This document shows positions 26,028-35,709 of a DNA stretch of 64,000 nt, piece after piece. The position numbers and the translations under genes were made by a program. The DNA is from Chloroflexota bacterium (GTDB lineage: Bacteria; Chloroflexota; Limnocylindria; Limnocylindrales; CSP1-4). The DNA lies in contig JBHORC010000011.1 in NCBI GenBank assembly GCA_042408445.1, positions 58,069 through 122,068 on the forward strand. The letters run 5' to 3'. The number at the start of each line of letters is the position of its first letter. Within the stretch, counting starts at the first letter, position 1. Below the pieces are notes generated by a model. It saw only the letters and a list, made by a program, of their open reading frames with translations. It did no database searches and was not told the DNA's origin.

Positions 26028-26849
26028 TTGCGCCCGATCCGGATTGCCGCCCAGCTCCACCCGCAGCACGGCGCGTGGCGCGATCTTCGTGCCGCCGCGC
26101 TTCGCGCCGAGGAGCTCGGCTTCGACATCGTCTACACGTGGGACCACTTCTTCCCGCTCTACGGGGCGGCCGACGGGCAGCACTTCGAGTGCTGGTCGAT
26201 GCTGGCGGCGGTGGCGGAGGCGACCGCTCGGGTCGAGATCGGGCCGCTCGTGACGTGCAACTCCTACCGCAACCCCGATCTCTACGCCGACATCGTCCGG
26301 ACCGTCGACCACATCAGCGACGGCCGCGTGATCAACGGCGTCGGCGCCGGGTGGTTCGCCCGCGACTATCGCGAGTACCGGTTCGAGTACGGCACGGTCG
26401 GCGAGCGGCTCGGCCGTCTGGAGGCGGCCCTGCCGCGGATCCTCGACCGGCTGGACCGCCTGAACCCGCCACCGGTTCGCCGCGTCCCGCTCCTCATCGC
26501 GGGGACCGGCGTTCGCCGCACGTTGCGGCTCGTCGCCCAGTACGCCGACGCCTGGCATGCGGCGTTTCCGGGATCACCTGCCGACCTCGAGGGGCCCGTC
26601 GCGGCGCTTCGTCGTCACTGTGAGGACGCCGGGCGGGCGCCCGACGGGATCGAATGGGCGCTCGGAATCGAGCCAGATCACCTCGGCGGCGACCTGGCCC
26701 GGCATGCGGCCGCGTATCTCGACATGGGGTTCACGCAGTTCACGCTCGGCTTCAACGGCCCGGACTGGTCGGTGGATGCGGGACGGCCATGGCTGGAGTG
26801 GCGCGACCGTCTGAATGCGGATCGCCTCGGCGCTCGAGCGGCTTCCTGA
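26028..26849 (+). CDS. LLM-class (probably F420-dependent) oxidoreductase
   Basis: WDHFFPL, GPLVTCNSYRNP, GVGAGW, LVAQYADAWH; GAGGAG RBS before TTG (ATG 26013 is an alternative start). Confidence 0.9.
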   Translation: MRPIRIAAQLHPQHGAWRDLRAAALRAEELGFDIVYTWDHFFPLYGAADGQHFECWSMLAAVAEATARVEIGPLVTCNSYRNPDLYADIVRTVDHISDGRVINGVGAGWFARDYREYRFEYGTVGERLGRLEAALPRILDRLDRLNPPPVRRVPLLIAGTGVRRTLRLVAQYADAWHAAFPGSPADLEGPVAALRRHCEDAGRAPDGIEWALGIEPDHLGGDLARHAAAYLDMGFTQFTLGFNGPDWSVDAGRPWLEWRDRLNADRLGARAAS

Positions 26850-27036
26850 CGGCCGCGCCACCTCCGGTCGCGACGGTGCGAAGCAACTCCGAAGGGTTCG
26901 CCTACTTCTGGCTCGGACGCGGGACGGTCGTTCCCTGGGCGAGTTCGAGGAGACTCTCAAGGTGCCAGAGCTGACGGTCGCGACTCTTCCAGGTATGGAG
27001 CGAGCACGCCGCAGCGGATCGTCCGGCGTTCGACAG

Positions 27037-28497
27037 TCAGCGGTAGTAGCTGTGCCCAGACGATCGAAGGTTCGCGGCGACTCTCTGCACGGCGCCTGCG
27101 GCAGCGGCTGCCCCCGTCTCGCCCTTCACGATCGACTGCACCTGGCTGTCGATCTCGGCGGTGATCTCGGGCTCCCACAGCCAGTCGAGGGACTGGATGG
27201 CATCGTCGAAGAACGGCAGGAACTCGCGCGCGACGGGATCCACGATGCCCGCGTTCGATGCCGCGATCGGCGAGTAGCGTTGCGACGCTGCAGTCACGGC
27301 GGCGTCGATGTCCGGGCGGCTCGCGTACTCGAGGAAGGCATACACGGCCTCGCGACTTCGAGTGACCGTGGTCGGAAGCGCGAACCCGCCCCAGGCCAGG
27401 ATCGGCCGCGGCCGAGCAGCCCCCTCGATCAGGGGAGGCGGCGCGACGTGGAGGTCCCACGGCCCCGAAGGCGTGCCCGCCTGGATCTGGGCAAGCATCC
27501 ACGTCCCCTGGAACGTGGTCGCGGCCTTGCCTCGGAGCAGGAGCTGCTGCATCCCGGCGTAGTCGGTTGCCCCGGACCCATCGAGCAGCACCCCCGACGT
27601 TCGCAGGTTCCCGATCGTCTCGAACGCCTTCACCCATTCCGGACCGTCATACGGGAGCTCGCCCTTGACCGTTCGGATCACGAAGCTCGTCGGATCCGAG
27701 CCGGTCCGCTCGACAACCTGGGGGAGGATCCATGTCATCAGGATCTGGTTGAAGAACACGTCGCCCGAGCAATGGACGAGCGGAGCGGCGCCAAGCCGCG
27801 CCAGCGGTGCCACCATCGCTTCGAGATCCGCGATGGTCCTCGGGGCCCTCAACCCCGCCGCATCAAGCAGTGCCTGGTTCACGTACAGCCCGGTCGTATG
27901 CACCCCTCGCGTCGTCGCCAGTGGGAACGCGTGCGTCCCGCCATCCCCCGGGCCCGCGAAGCGGAACTTCTCCGGCACCCGAGCCAGGACGGCCGACAGG
28001 TTCGGATCCGCATCGAGGTCGGCGAGCAGGCCGTCGCGGACCCAGCCACCAACCTGCTGACCGTCGATCATCGTGAGGTCGACCGGCTCCCCCGAGGCGA
28101 GCAGGCCGCGCGCAAGTCGGTCCCACTCCGGACCGCCGCCGGAGAGCGGCCGGATGTCCCATGTGATACCGGGGTGCACGTTCCGAAAGCCGTCGTAGAC
28201 GGCCTTCAGCGGTGGCTCGCCCAACGGGTCGCCCTCGCCGATCATCGTGATCGGCCCGCCGACGGCTTGGCTCGCGCTCGCGGCTCCGGCCGGTGGGCTT
28301 CCGGCGGGCGGGACGCTCGCTGCGATCCCGGCGCTCGCGGGTGAGCCGGAACCGACCTCCTCCTGCCGCGGCGCGCAGGCGGCGAGCACGGATCCCGCCG
28401 CGGTGGATCCCGCGAGCAGGCCGACCAGCTTGATGAAGCGCCGCCGATCGAGCGGTTGCGCCCAGTCGACGGCGCCCACGGGCTGGCGGCGGTCCAT
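27037..28497 (-). CDS. Tat-exported carbohydrate ABC transporter substrate-binding lipoprotein
   Basis: DRRRFIK Tat motif, LAAC lipobox, LYVNQALLDAAG, GKAATTFQGTW. Confidence 0.88.
   Translation of the reverse strand: MDRRQPVGAVDWAQPLDRRRFIKLVGLLAGSTAAGSVLAACAPRQEEVGSGSPASAGIAASVPPAGSPPAGAASASQAVGGPITMIGEGDPLGEPPLKAVYDGFRNVHPGITWDIRPLSGGGPEWDRLARGLLASGEPVDLTMIDGQQVGGWVRDGLLADLDADPNLSAVLARVPEKFRFAGPGDGGTHAFPLATTRGVHTTGLYVNQALLDAAGLRAPRTIADLEAMVAPLARLGAAPLVHCSGDVFFNQILMTWILPQVVERTGSDPTSFVIRTVKGELPYDGPEWVKAFETIGNLRTSGVLLDGSGATDYAGMQQLLLRGKAATTFQGTWMLAQIQAGTPSGPWDLHVAPPPLIEGAARPRPILAWGGFALPTTVTRSREAVYAFLEYASRPDIDAAVTAASQRYSPIAASNAGIVDPVAREFLPFFDDAIQSLDWLWEPEITAEIDSQVQSIVKGETGAAAAAGAVQRVAANLRSSGHSYYR
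27073..27123 (-). repeat. Second copy of the 51-bp direct repeat (within the SBP 3' end)
   Basis: Partner of 25070-25120. Confidence 0.85.
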
Positions 28498-28628
28498 GGG
28501 CGGTCCTCTCAACGTCGATCCGCTGCGCAAGCCCTCGCTCTGGGATGCGAATCCGGCGCTCTGCCGGAGGGTATCGTCCCGAGGCATGGAGTGCGCTCAG
28601 CGCTCGTGATCCACGGACCCGACCCGCG

Positions 28629-29531
28629 ATGAGCCGTCTCGGGGCGCGCTCGGCCGGGTCACGTCGCTCGGACATCCTCTTCGTCCTGCCGGTTCTCGCG
28701 GTCCTTGCGCTCTTCCTTGGCTACCCGCTGCTGTACGGGCTCGACCTCAGCCTCCATCGGACCATCGGGTTTGCGGTGACCGGCCCGCCAGGCCTCGACA
28801 ACTACGTTCGCGCGATCGCCGGTGATGGCGTCTTCCGGCGCGGGCTTGCCAACACGCTCGTCTTCACGGCCGCAGCCGTGGTCCTGCAGATCGGCCTGGG
28901 ACTGCTGCTGGCCCACCTCATCGTCGGCGTACGCCGGGGCCGGACGATCCTCCAGGTCGCGTTCGTGGCGCCGTTCGTCCTCGCCACCGTGGCGGCCGGC
29001 GCGGTGTGGAAGTTCGTCGATGCGCCGTTCTTCGGGGTGATCCCCGCTCTGGGATCGATCGTCGGGTTCGACACCACGACCGTCGCCCCGCTCGCCGATC
29101 CTCGGACCGCGCTTTGGGCGATCCTGATCGCATTCCTCTGGCGGTTCGCGGGCTTCGCGATGGTCGTCTACGCCGCGGCGATCGATGACATCCCGCGCGA
29201 GCTCTACGAGTACGCCGCGCTCGAAGGCGCGGGAGCCCGGGCGCGCCTGCGACGGATCACCTGGCCGCTCCTGTGGCCCCAGACGTTCGCGCTCGTCCTC
29301 CTGACGACGATTGCGACCCTCCGGATCTTCGACATGGTCTGGATCATGACCGAGGGCGGGCCGTCCCACGCGACCGAGACCGTCGCGACCCTCGTCTTCA
29401 CGACGGCGTTTCGATCACTCGATGTCGGCGAAGCCCAGGCGATGGCCATGACGCTGATGGCGATCATCCTCGCCGTCACAGTGATCGAGTACCGGATCCT
29501 CAACCCGCGGAGCGAGGCCGCAGGCGGGTGA
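28629..29531 (+). CDS. Carbohydrate ABC transporter permease (MalF-like)
   Basis: GLDNY, EAA-type loop ELYEYAALEGA, TEGGP. Confidence 0.9.
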   Translation: MSRLGARSAGSRRSDILFVLPVLAVLALFLGYPLLYGLDLSLHRTIGFAVTGPPGLDNYVRAIAGDGVFRRGLANTLVFTAAAVVLQIGLGLLLAHLIVGVRRGRTILQVAFVAPFVLATVAAGAVWKFVDAPFFGVIPALGSIVGFDTTTVAPLADPRTALWAILIAFLWRFAGFAMVVYAAAIDDIPRELYEYAALEGAGARARLRRITWPLLWPQTFALVLLTTIATLRIFDMVWIMTEGGPSHATETVATLVFTTAFRSLDVGEAQAMAMTLMAIILAVTVIEYRILNPRSEAAGG

Positions 29532-30349
29532 CGTCGCTCCGATCCGTCCGCGGCGGGACCCTCGTCCTGGCCGGACTCGCCGTCCTCTGGGCGTACCCGG
29601 TCCTCTGGACCCTGTCGAACGCCCTGAAGACGACCGCCGATCTGTACCGTGGCCCGCTCGACCTGCCATGGCCGCCGGCCATCGGCAACCTTGCCGCTGC
29701 ATGGGAGCGGGCGAACCTCGGGAACGCCCTCCTCAACTCGGGCTACGTCGTGACGATGACCGTCGCGGGCGTCCTCCTCCTCGCAGTGCCGGCGGCCTAT
29801 TCGCTCACGAGGCTTCGGCCGCCGGGACGCGCGATCCTGACGCTGCTCGTCCTCGCTCCCCTCATCATCCCGACCGAGGTGCTCATCGTCCCGCTCTTCT
29901 CGATCTATCGGACGCTCGGCCTGATCAACAGCCTGCCCGGACTCGCCCTCGTGAACATCGTCGGGACGGTGTCGTTCGCCACGGTGATCCTCGGCGCGTT
30001 CATCCGGCGAATCCCGCAGGAGGTCATCGACGCTGCCCGTGTCGATGGCGCGAGCCAGCTCGACGTCCTGCTCCGGATCGTCGTCCCGCTGACACGACCT
30101 GCGCTTCAGACCGTGGCGGTCCTGGTCGCCGTCTTCGCCTGGAACGACTTCTCGGGCGCTCTCGTTCTGCTCCAGAAGCCGAGCGTGTTCACGGCGCCGC
30201 TGGCGCTGACCACGTTCTCGACGTTCTATGCGACCGATCAGGGCCTGACGTTCGCGGGCCTCGCGATCGTGTTCCTGCCGCCACTCCTGCTGTTCCTGGT
30301 CGTCCAGCGGCGCTTCGTTCAGGGGCTCGCGGCCTCGGTCCGCGGCTGA
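29528..30349 (+). CDS. Carbohydrate ABC transporter permease (MalG-like)
   Basis: IPQEVIDAARVDGA EAA loop, WNDF, VQRRFVQGL. Confidence 0.9.
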   Translation: MTSLRSVRGGTLVLAGLAVLWAYPVLWTLSNALKTTADLYRGPLDLPWPPAIGNLAAAWERANLGNALLNSGYVVTMTVAGVLLLAVPAAYSLTRLRPPGRAILTLLVLAPLIIPTEVLIVPLFSIYRTLGLINSLPGLALVNIVGTVSFATVILGAFIRRIPQEVIDAARVDGASQLDVLLRIVVPLTRPALQTVAVLVAVFAWNDFSGALVLLQKPSVFTAPLALTTFSTFYATDQGLTFAGLAIVFLPPLLLFLVVQRRFVQGLAASVRG

Positions 30350-33054
30350 TGGCGCCGCCGCTCATCGAGACCAAGCTCCGGCCCCCGCGAGCCGGCGGGC
30401 GTCTGGTCGCGCGCCAGCGGCTGATCGAGCAGATGCGCGGGAGCTCCGGCGCCGCGCTGACGCTCGTGTCCGCTCCGGTGGGCTTCGGCAAGTCGACGTT
30501 GATTGCGGGGGCCTTCGACGACGCGGTGGCCCGTGGAGCCGCGGGTGCCTGGCTGTCGCTGGACCCGACGGACGACGATTCGCTGACGTTCTGGACGTAC
30601 GTCGTCGCGGCCCTCGATCGGGCATCGCCCGGCCTGGGGAAGCGTGTTGCGGCTCGGCTGGAGGCCGCTGAGGCGACTCAGGAGGCCGCCGGGTCGTCGA
30701 TCGGCGCGGCACTCACGGTCCTTCTGAACGACCTCGCCGAGCTCCAGCACGACGTCGTTCTCGTCCTGGACGACCTCCACGTCCTGGAGGACCGGACGAT
30801 CTACGAGCAGCTCGGCTTCGTCCTCGATCACCTGCCGCCTCACGCGCACGTCATCGTCGGGACCCGCTCGGACCCGCCGATCCCCGTCGCGCGCCTGCGG
30901 GCGAAGGGCGGGCTTGTCGAGATCCGCGCCGCGGACCTGCGGTTCACGGAGGTCGAGGCAGCGACGTACCTGACCGAAGCGATGGGCCTGTCCCTCGGCG
31001 AGGCGAGCGTCACGGCGCTGGAGGCGCGCACGGAGGGCTGGATCGCGGCCCTCCAGCTGGCCGCGCTCTCGTTGCGAGGCAGGGATGATGCCGTCGGCTT
31101 CATCGATCGGTTCGCGGGCGACGATCGGTACATCGTCGACTACCTCGTCGAGGAGGTGCTCGCCGTCCAATCGGACGAGGTCCGGGGATTCCTCCTCAGC
31201 ACGTCCATCCTCGCGCGGATGACCGCGCCGCTCGTGGAGGCCGTGACGGGCCGGCCCGGCGGGCAGGCGGCGCTGGAAGCGCTCGACCGGGCCAACCTCT
31301 TCGTCGTCGCCCTGGACGACCAGCGACGCTGGTACCGCTACCACCAGCTCTTCGCGGAGGTGCTCCGGGCCCACCTCGTCGCGGAGCGCCCGGAGCAGGT
31401 CGCTTCGCTCCACCGGTTGGCGTCCGACTGGTTCGAGGCACACGACGATCGAGCCGAGGCGATCCATCACGCCCTCGCCGGGAAGAACCCGGAACGGGCC
31501 GCCGAGCTGATCGAGCGGTCGATCCCGGAGCTGCGCCGGATGCGGCGCGAGCCGACGTTCGTGCGATTCGCCGACGCGCTCCCCGACGACATCTTCGCGA
31601 CACGGCCGGTCCTCGCCGTCGGCTACGCAGGGGCGCTCCTCTCGACCGGCCGTCCGGACCGAGTCGCCGAGCTTCTTGCCGCAGCTGAGCCCTGGCTCAC
31701 GGTGGGCACCGGGCAGGGCACGCGGCCGGACGGGATGATCGTCGTCGACGAGGCGGAGCTCCGTCAGGCGCCGGCAATGCTCGAGCTGTACCGGGCAGCG
31801 CTGGCGAAGGTGGGCGGCGATCTCGCCGGCAACATGGCCCACGCTCGCCGCGTGCTCGATCTCGTCGACGCCAGTGATCACCTCGCCCGCGGCGGTGCGG
31901 AGGCCTTCCTTGGCCTCGCTCATTGGGAGCTCGGCGAGCTCGATCCTGCCGTTCGCTGGTACACGGAGGCGATGGCGAGCCTCGAACGGGCGGGTCACGT
32001 CACCGATGTGGTGGGTGGCGCCATCACCACGGCGGATCTGCTGCTGGCACAGGGCCGCCTGCGTGACGCCGAGTCCGTGTACCGGGACGGGCTCGAGCGA
32101 GGGACGCGGGCCGGGACCATCCTCCGAGGCGTGGCGGACATGCACGTTGGGCTGGCGACCACGGCCTACGAGCGGGGCGACCTGCACGCTGCGGAGGCGC
32201 AGTTGGACGCCGCCGAGCGGCTCGGCGCGGAGAACGGGTTTCCGCGCTACCCGTACCGATCGCGTCTGGCTCGCGCTCGGCTCGTCCAGGCGCAGGGGGA
32301 CCTGGACCGCGCGCTCGACCTGATGAGCGAGGCGGAGCGACGGTTCGACGCCGACTTCTCGCCGGATCTCCGCCCGATCGCCGCTCAGCGCGCCCGACTC
32401 CTGATCGCGCACGGGCGGATCGCGGAGGCACGGGCATGGGCACGGACGCGCGGCCTCGTCGCGAGCGAGGAGCCGACCTACCCCCGCGAGTACGAGCTCC
32501 TGACGCTGGCACGACTCCTGACGGCCGAGGGCATGGGCTCGGAGGCGGTGGGGCTGACGCGGCGCCTCCTCGCCGTCGCCGAGGAAGCGGGACGGGGCGG
32601 CGGTGTCCTCGAGGCGCTGATCGTCGATGCGCTCGCTCGCCACGCGACGGACGACATCGATGGTGCGCTGGCGACGCTCAACCGCGCTGTCGCCTTTGCC
32701 GAGCCGGAGGGGTTCGCCCGAACGTTCCTCGACGAGGGACCGGCGATGACCTCCCTCCTCAGGGTCGCCGCAAGGCGACGAGACGCGCCGGCATTCATCC
32801 AGACGCTCCTTGCCGTCGGTGCCCAGCCAGACCGGCCTGCGCCCGCGCAGCATGGCCTGGTCGAGCCCCTGAGCCAGCGCGAGATCGAGGTCCTGCGCCT
32901 CCTTCGCAGCGACCTCGACGGCCCCGACGTCGCACGCGAGCTCGTCGTCTCGGTGAACACCCTCCGGACGCACACGAAGAACATCTACGCGAAGCTCGGC
33001 GTCACGAGCCGCCGCGCCGCCGTTCGCCGCGCCGAGGAGCTCGGCCTCCTCTAG
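30349..33054 (+). CDS. MalT-like STAND-family LuxR transcriptional regulator
   Basis: ETKLRPP, Walker A APVGFGKST, Walker B LVLDDLH, TEGW, WYRYHQLF, TPR region, C-terminal LuxR HTH. Confidence 0.93.
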   Translation: MAPPLIETKLRPPRAGGRLVARQRLIEQMRGSSGAALTLVSAPVGFGKSTLIAGAFDDAVARGAAGAWLSLDPTDDDSLTFWTYVVAALDRASPGLGKRVAARLEAAEATQEAAGSSIGAALTVLLNDLAELQHDVVLVLDDLHVLEDRTIYEQLGFVLDHLPPHAHVIVGTRSDPPIPVARLRAKGGLVEIRAADLRFTEVEAATYLTEAMGLSLGEASVTALEARTEGWIAALQLAALSLRGRDDAVGFIDRFAGDDRYIVDYLVEEVLAVQSDEVRGFLLSTSILARMTAPLVEAVTGRPGGQAALEALDRANLFVVALDDQRRWYRYHQLFAEVLRAHLVAERPEQVASLHRLASDWFEAHDDRAEAIHHALAGKNPERAAELIERSIPELRRMRREPTFVRFADALPDDIFATRPVLAVGYAGALLSTGRPDRVAELLAAAEPWLTVGTGQGTRPDGMIVVDEAELRQAPAMLELYRAALAKVGGDLAGNMAHARRVLDLVDASDHLARGGAEAFLGLAHWELGELDPAVRWYTEAMASLERAGHVTDVVGGAITTADLLLAQGRLRDAESVYRDGLERGTRAGTILRGVADMHVGLATTAYERGDLHAAEAQLDAAERLGAENGFPRYPYRSRLARARLVQAQGDLDRALDLMSEAERRFDADFSPDLRPIAAQRARLLIAHGRIAEARAWARTRGLVASEEPTYPREYELLTLARLLTAEGMGSEAVGLTRRLLAVAEEAGRGGGVLEALIVDALARHATDDIDGALATLNRAVAFAEPEGFARTFLDEGPAMTSLLRVAARRRDAPAFIQTLLAVGAQPDRPAPAQHGLVEPLSQREIEVLRLLRSDLDGPDVARELVVSVNTLRTHTKNIYAKLGVTSRRAAVRRAEELGLL

Positions 33055-33107
33055 TTGCCCGCCAGTTGCCTTGCCGGGCGTCGGCGACCGCCATGGCCCG
33101 GACGAGA

Positions 33108-33160
33108 AATCACCACGAAGAATCACCACACGTGGTGATGCCCGCTCACCATGCCCGCTC
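33108..33160. promoter_or_regulatory. Candidate operator of the MalT-like regulator
   Basis: AATCACCAC twice (13-bp period), palindrome ATCACCAC-AC-GTGGTGAT 33122-33139, ATGCCCGCTC twice (13-bp period). Confidence 0.6.
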
Positions 33161-33219
33161 CGAGCCTCATCCCATCGACCCGCGTCCGCCGGCCGTGCGG
33201 ACACAGCGAAAGGAGTGGG

Positions 33220-33495
33220 ATGAGCCGAACGTCTTCCGGCCTCGGTGACACGAGCGGATACGAGATCCGCACCAAGGGGCGCCTCGACGACCGCTGGGCG
33301 GACCGGTTCGAGGCGATGGACCTCCTCGTCCAGCCCGACGGGACGACCGTCATCCGGTGCCCCGCCCTGGACCAGGCCGGCTTGCACGGCCTGCTCCGGA
33401 ACCTTCGCGACCTGGGCCTCCCGTTGCTCTCGGTCAGCCCGATCGAGCCTGGCGACCCAACCAACCACGACATCCACTCAAGGAGACCACGATGA
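33220..33495 (+). CDS. Small conserved hypothetical protein (possible ACT-like fold)
   Basis: YEIRTKGRLDDRWADRF...DQAGLHGLLRNLRDLGLPLLSV; AAAGGAG RBS. Confidence 0.8.
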   Translation: MSRTSSGLGDTSGYEIRTKGRLDDRWADRFEAMDLLVQPDGTTVIRCPALDQAGLHGLLRNLRDLGLPLLSVSPIEPGDPTNHDIHSRRPR

Positions 33496-34247
33496 CCTCG
33501 TTTCGAAAGACCGCCCTCGTCGGCGGCCTGCTCTACCTCATCACGTTTCTCGGGTCGATCGCGTCGGCGCTGCTCGTCGGACCGGCCCTCAACGACCCCA
33601 ACTACATCCTTGGCGCGGGCGCCGATCGGCAGATCGGACTTGCGGGCATCTTCGAGCTCGTCAACGTCTTCGCGCTCGTTGGCTGCGGGATTGCGTTCTT
33701 CTCCGTTGTGCGGAAGGTCCATGAAGGCCTGGCCATCGGCTATCTCGCGACCCGGCTGTTCGAGGGCGCGATCATCACCATGAGCGTTGTCGGCCTCCTC
33801 TCGATCATCACGCTCCATCAGCAGGTCGTCGCGGGCGCGGACGGCAAGACGCTCGTCCCGGTTGCCGCGGCACTCGTCGCGGTCCGCAACTGGGCGATCG
33901 TCATCGGCAGCAACATGGCCCCATTCAACGCCCTGATGCTTGGCACCGCGCTCTATCGGGCACGTCTGGTTCCACGAGCGCTCCCGGCCCTGGGGCTGGT
34001 CGGCGCCCCGATCCTCATCACCTGGGTCGCAGCGAACATCCTGGGCCTGAGCGAGCCCGGCACCCCCTTCCACGTCGTCGCCGTGATGCCGTTCTTCTTC
34101 TGGGAGCTCATCCTGGGCCTCTGGCTGACGTTCAAGGGCTTCAACGAGAGCTCGCCGCTCGCGATCGCCGAGCGGGCGGCCCGGGTCGATGCCCGGACGT
34201 CGGGTTCCGCCGGCGCGGCTCTCGCGGCAAAGGCAGGTGCGGCGTGA
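33492..34247 (+). CDS. DUF4386 family membrane protein
   Basis: RKTALVGGLLYLIT, RLFEG, LYRARLVPR, WELILGLWLTFKGF; AAGGAG RBS. Confidence 0.85.
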   Translation: MTSFRKTALVGGLLYLITFLGSIASALLVGPALNDPNYILGAGADRQIGLAGIFELVNVFALVGCGIAFFSVVRKVHEGLAIGYLATRLFEGAIITMSVVGLLSIITLHQQVVAGADGKTLVPVAAALVAVRNWAIVIGSNMAPFNALMLGTALYRARLVPRALPALGLVGAPILITWVAANILGLSEPGTPFHVVAVMPFFFWELILGLWLTFKGFNESSPLAIAERAARVDARTSGSAGAALAAKAGAA

Positions 34248-34738
34248 CCGCGCAGGGGACCCAGGTGCGGGCGGAGCGACCGCTGCCGCGACCCCTGATC
34301 AAGACCTTCTGGTTCGTCCACCGGGCCATCGTCCGGGTCAGCGGAGGCCAGGTCGGCTTCCGCCGACCCGAGGCAGGCAAGACGTTCGGGATGGCCCGGC
34401 TCACCACGATCGGTCGGCGCTCCGGCAAGGTCCGGGTCGCGATGATCGGCTACTACGAGGACGGCCCGAACCTCGTGACCCTCGCGATGAACGGCTGGGG
34501 CAGGACGGATCCGGCCTGGTGGCTGAACCTCCAGGCCGTCCCCGAGGCACGCATGGAGCTCGCCGACGGCGTTCGGCTGGTCGTCGCTAGAGCCGCGACC
34601 GGAGCCGAGCGGGATCGCCTCTGGGCGACGTTCGCGGACTACCCCGGCTGGGGCAGCGATCTCGACGGACTGTCAAGGCGAGTGGACCGAGAGGCGGCCG
34701 TCGTGGTCCTCGAGCCGCGAGAGGGGGCGCGGTCGTGA
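34244..34738 (+). CDS. Deazaflavin (F420)-dependent nitroreductase family (Ddn-like)
   Basis: LTTIGRRSGKVR, PAWWLNLQAVP, VVVLEPR. Confidence 0.88.
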   Translation: MTAQGTQVRAERPLPRPLIKTFWFVHRAIVRVSGGQVGFRRPEAGKTFGMARLTTIGRRSGKVRVAMIGYYEDGPNLVTLAMNGWGRTDPAWWLNLQAVPEARMELADGVRLVVARAATGAERDRLWATFADYPGWGSDLDGLSRRVDREAAVVVLEPREGARS

Positions 34739-35157
34739 GCGGACAGACGTCGCTCGTGGCGGCCTCGGCCGTCCGAGTCGAGCCGGCCGCTTCCTCGCTC
34801 GGGGGTCGGCGGCTCCGGCCCCGTCACCTGTGGCTCATCCCCGGGCTCGCGATCGCCCTCATCGGGAGCCGAACGGACTCGAGCCTCGTCGCGATCGGCG
34901 CGATGGTCGTGGGTGGGATCGCTCCCCACCTCCTCGCCGTCATCGCCGGGATCGGCCAGTCGCGACCGGACCGCGGGATGCCTCCCCGAAGCCTGGCGAT
35001 CTTCAACTCGATGCACGAGCCGATCCTCCCGGCGGCGGTCGTCGTGGCCCAGCTGACTGGCCTGGTCCCGACCCTCGTCTTCGTCGCGGCGACGGCGTGG
35101 TTGAGCCACATCGTCATCGGCTGGGGGATCGGAGACCGGAAACGATCCGATGGCTGA
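34735..35157 (+). CDS. Hypothetical membrane protein
   Basis: Hydrophobic; FNSMH and WLSHIV His motifs; GTGA coupling. Confidence 0.6.
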   Translation: MSGQTSLVAASAVRVEPAASSLGGRRLRPRHLWLIPGLAIALIGSRTDSSLVAIGAMVVGGIAPHLLAVIAGIGQSRPDRGMPPRSLAIFNSMHEPILPAAVVVAQLTGLVPTLVFVAATAWLSHIVIGWGIGDRKRSDG

Positions 35158-35650
35158 GCTGTCGGATCTCGTGGCCCGCGGCGTCCTGATGGGCGTCGCG
35201 GGTTCCGCGTGCATGGACCTCTGGAGCTTCGTCCTCCGCCGCCGCTTCGGAATCCCGACGCTCGACTACGCGCTGCTCGGCCGGTGGATCGGACACATGC
35301 CGAGCGGCGCCTTGAGGCACGACCGAATCGCCGCCGCGCCGCAGGTTCGCGGCGAGGCGCTCCTGGGTTGGACCGCCCACTACGCGATCGGCGCGACGTT
35401 CGCCGTCGTCCTCCTCGCGATCGTCGGACCAGACTGGGCCCGGCACCCAACGATCTGGCCGCCGGTCGCAATGGGCCTCGCGACGATCGTTGCGCCGTGG
35501 TTCGTCATGCAACCGGCGATGGGCGCCGGGATTGCTGGATCGCGAACGCCGAGCCCGAGCGCGACGCGACTGCGGAACCTGGGCACGCACGTCGTCTATG
35601 GCCTCGGGCTGTTCGTCGCGGCGGCCGCGCTCTCGGTCGTCCGAGGCTAG
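35150..35650 (+). CDS. DUF2938-like membrane protein
   Basis: MDLW, YALLGRWIGH, GWTAHYAIG, MQPAMGAG, HVVYGLGL. Confidence 0.85.
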   Translation: MAELSDLVARGVLMGVAGSACMDLWSFVLRRRFGIPTLDYALLGRWIGHMPSGALRHDRIAAAPQVRGEALLGWTAHYAIGATFAVVLLAIVGPDWARHPTIWPPVAMGLATIVAPWFVMQPAMGAGIAGSRTPSPSATRLRNLGTHVVYGLGLFVAAAALSVVRG

Positions 35651-35709
35651 GTGGCACGGCATTGGCGCCCTGCCCGCCACCTCCGGGCGGCGTTGTAGGC
35701 TGATCCGAG

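Noticed and set aside
26850-27036. Riboswitch (AAGGTGCCA SAM-like; CCGAAG/CTCTCA glycine-like)
   Set aside because: Lies between convergent gene ends rather than in a leader, and the other conserved elements are missing; more likely degraded sequence. An Rfam scan would settle it.
30319-33477. Very long antisense or alternate-frame ORFs (also 335-2032, 3516-6191, 51410-54385, 58559-61681)
   Set aside because: Shadow ORFs of genuine high-GC genes; Arg/Gly/Pro-rich with no recognisable motifs.
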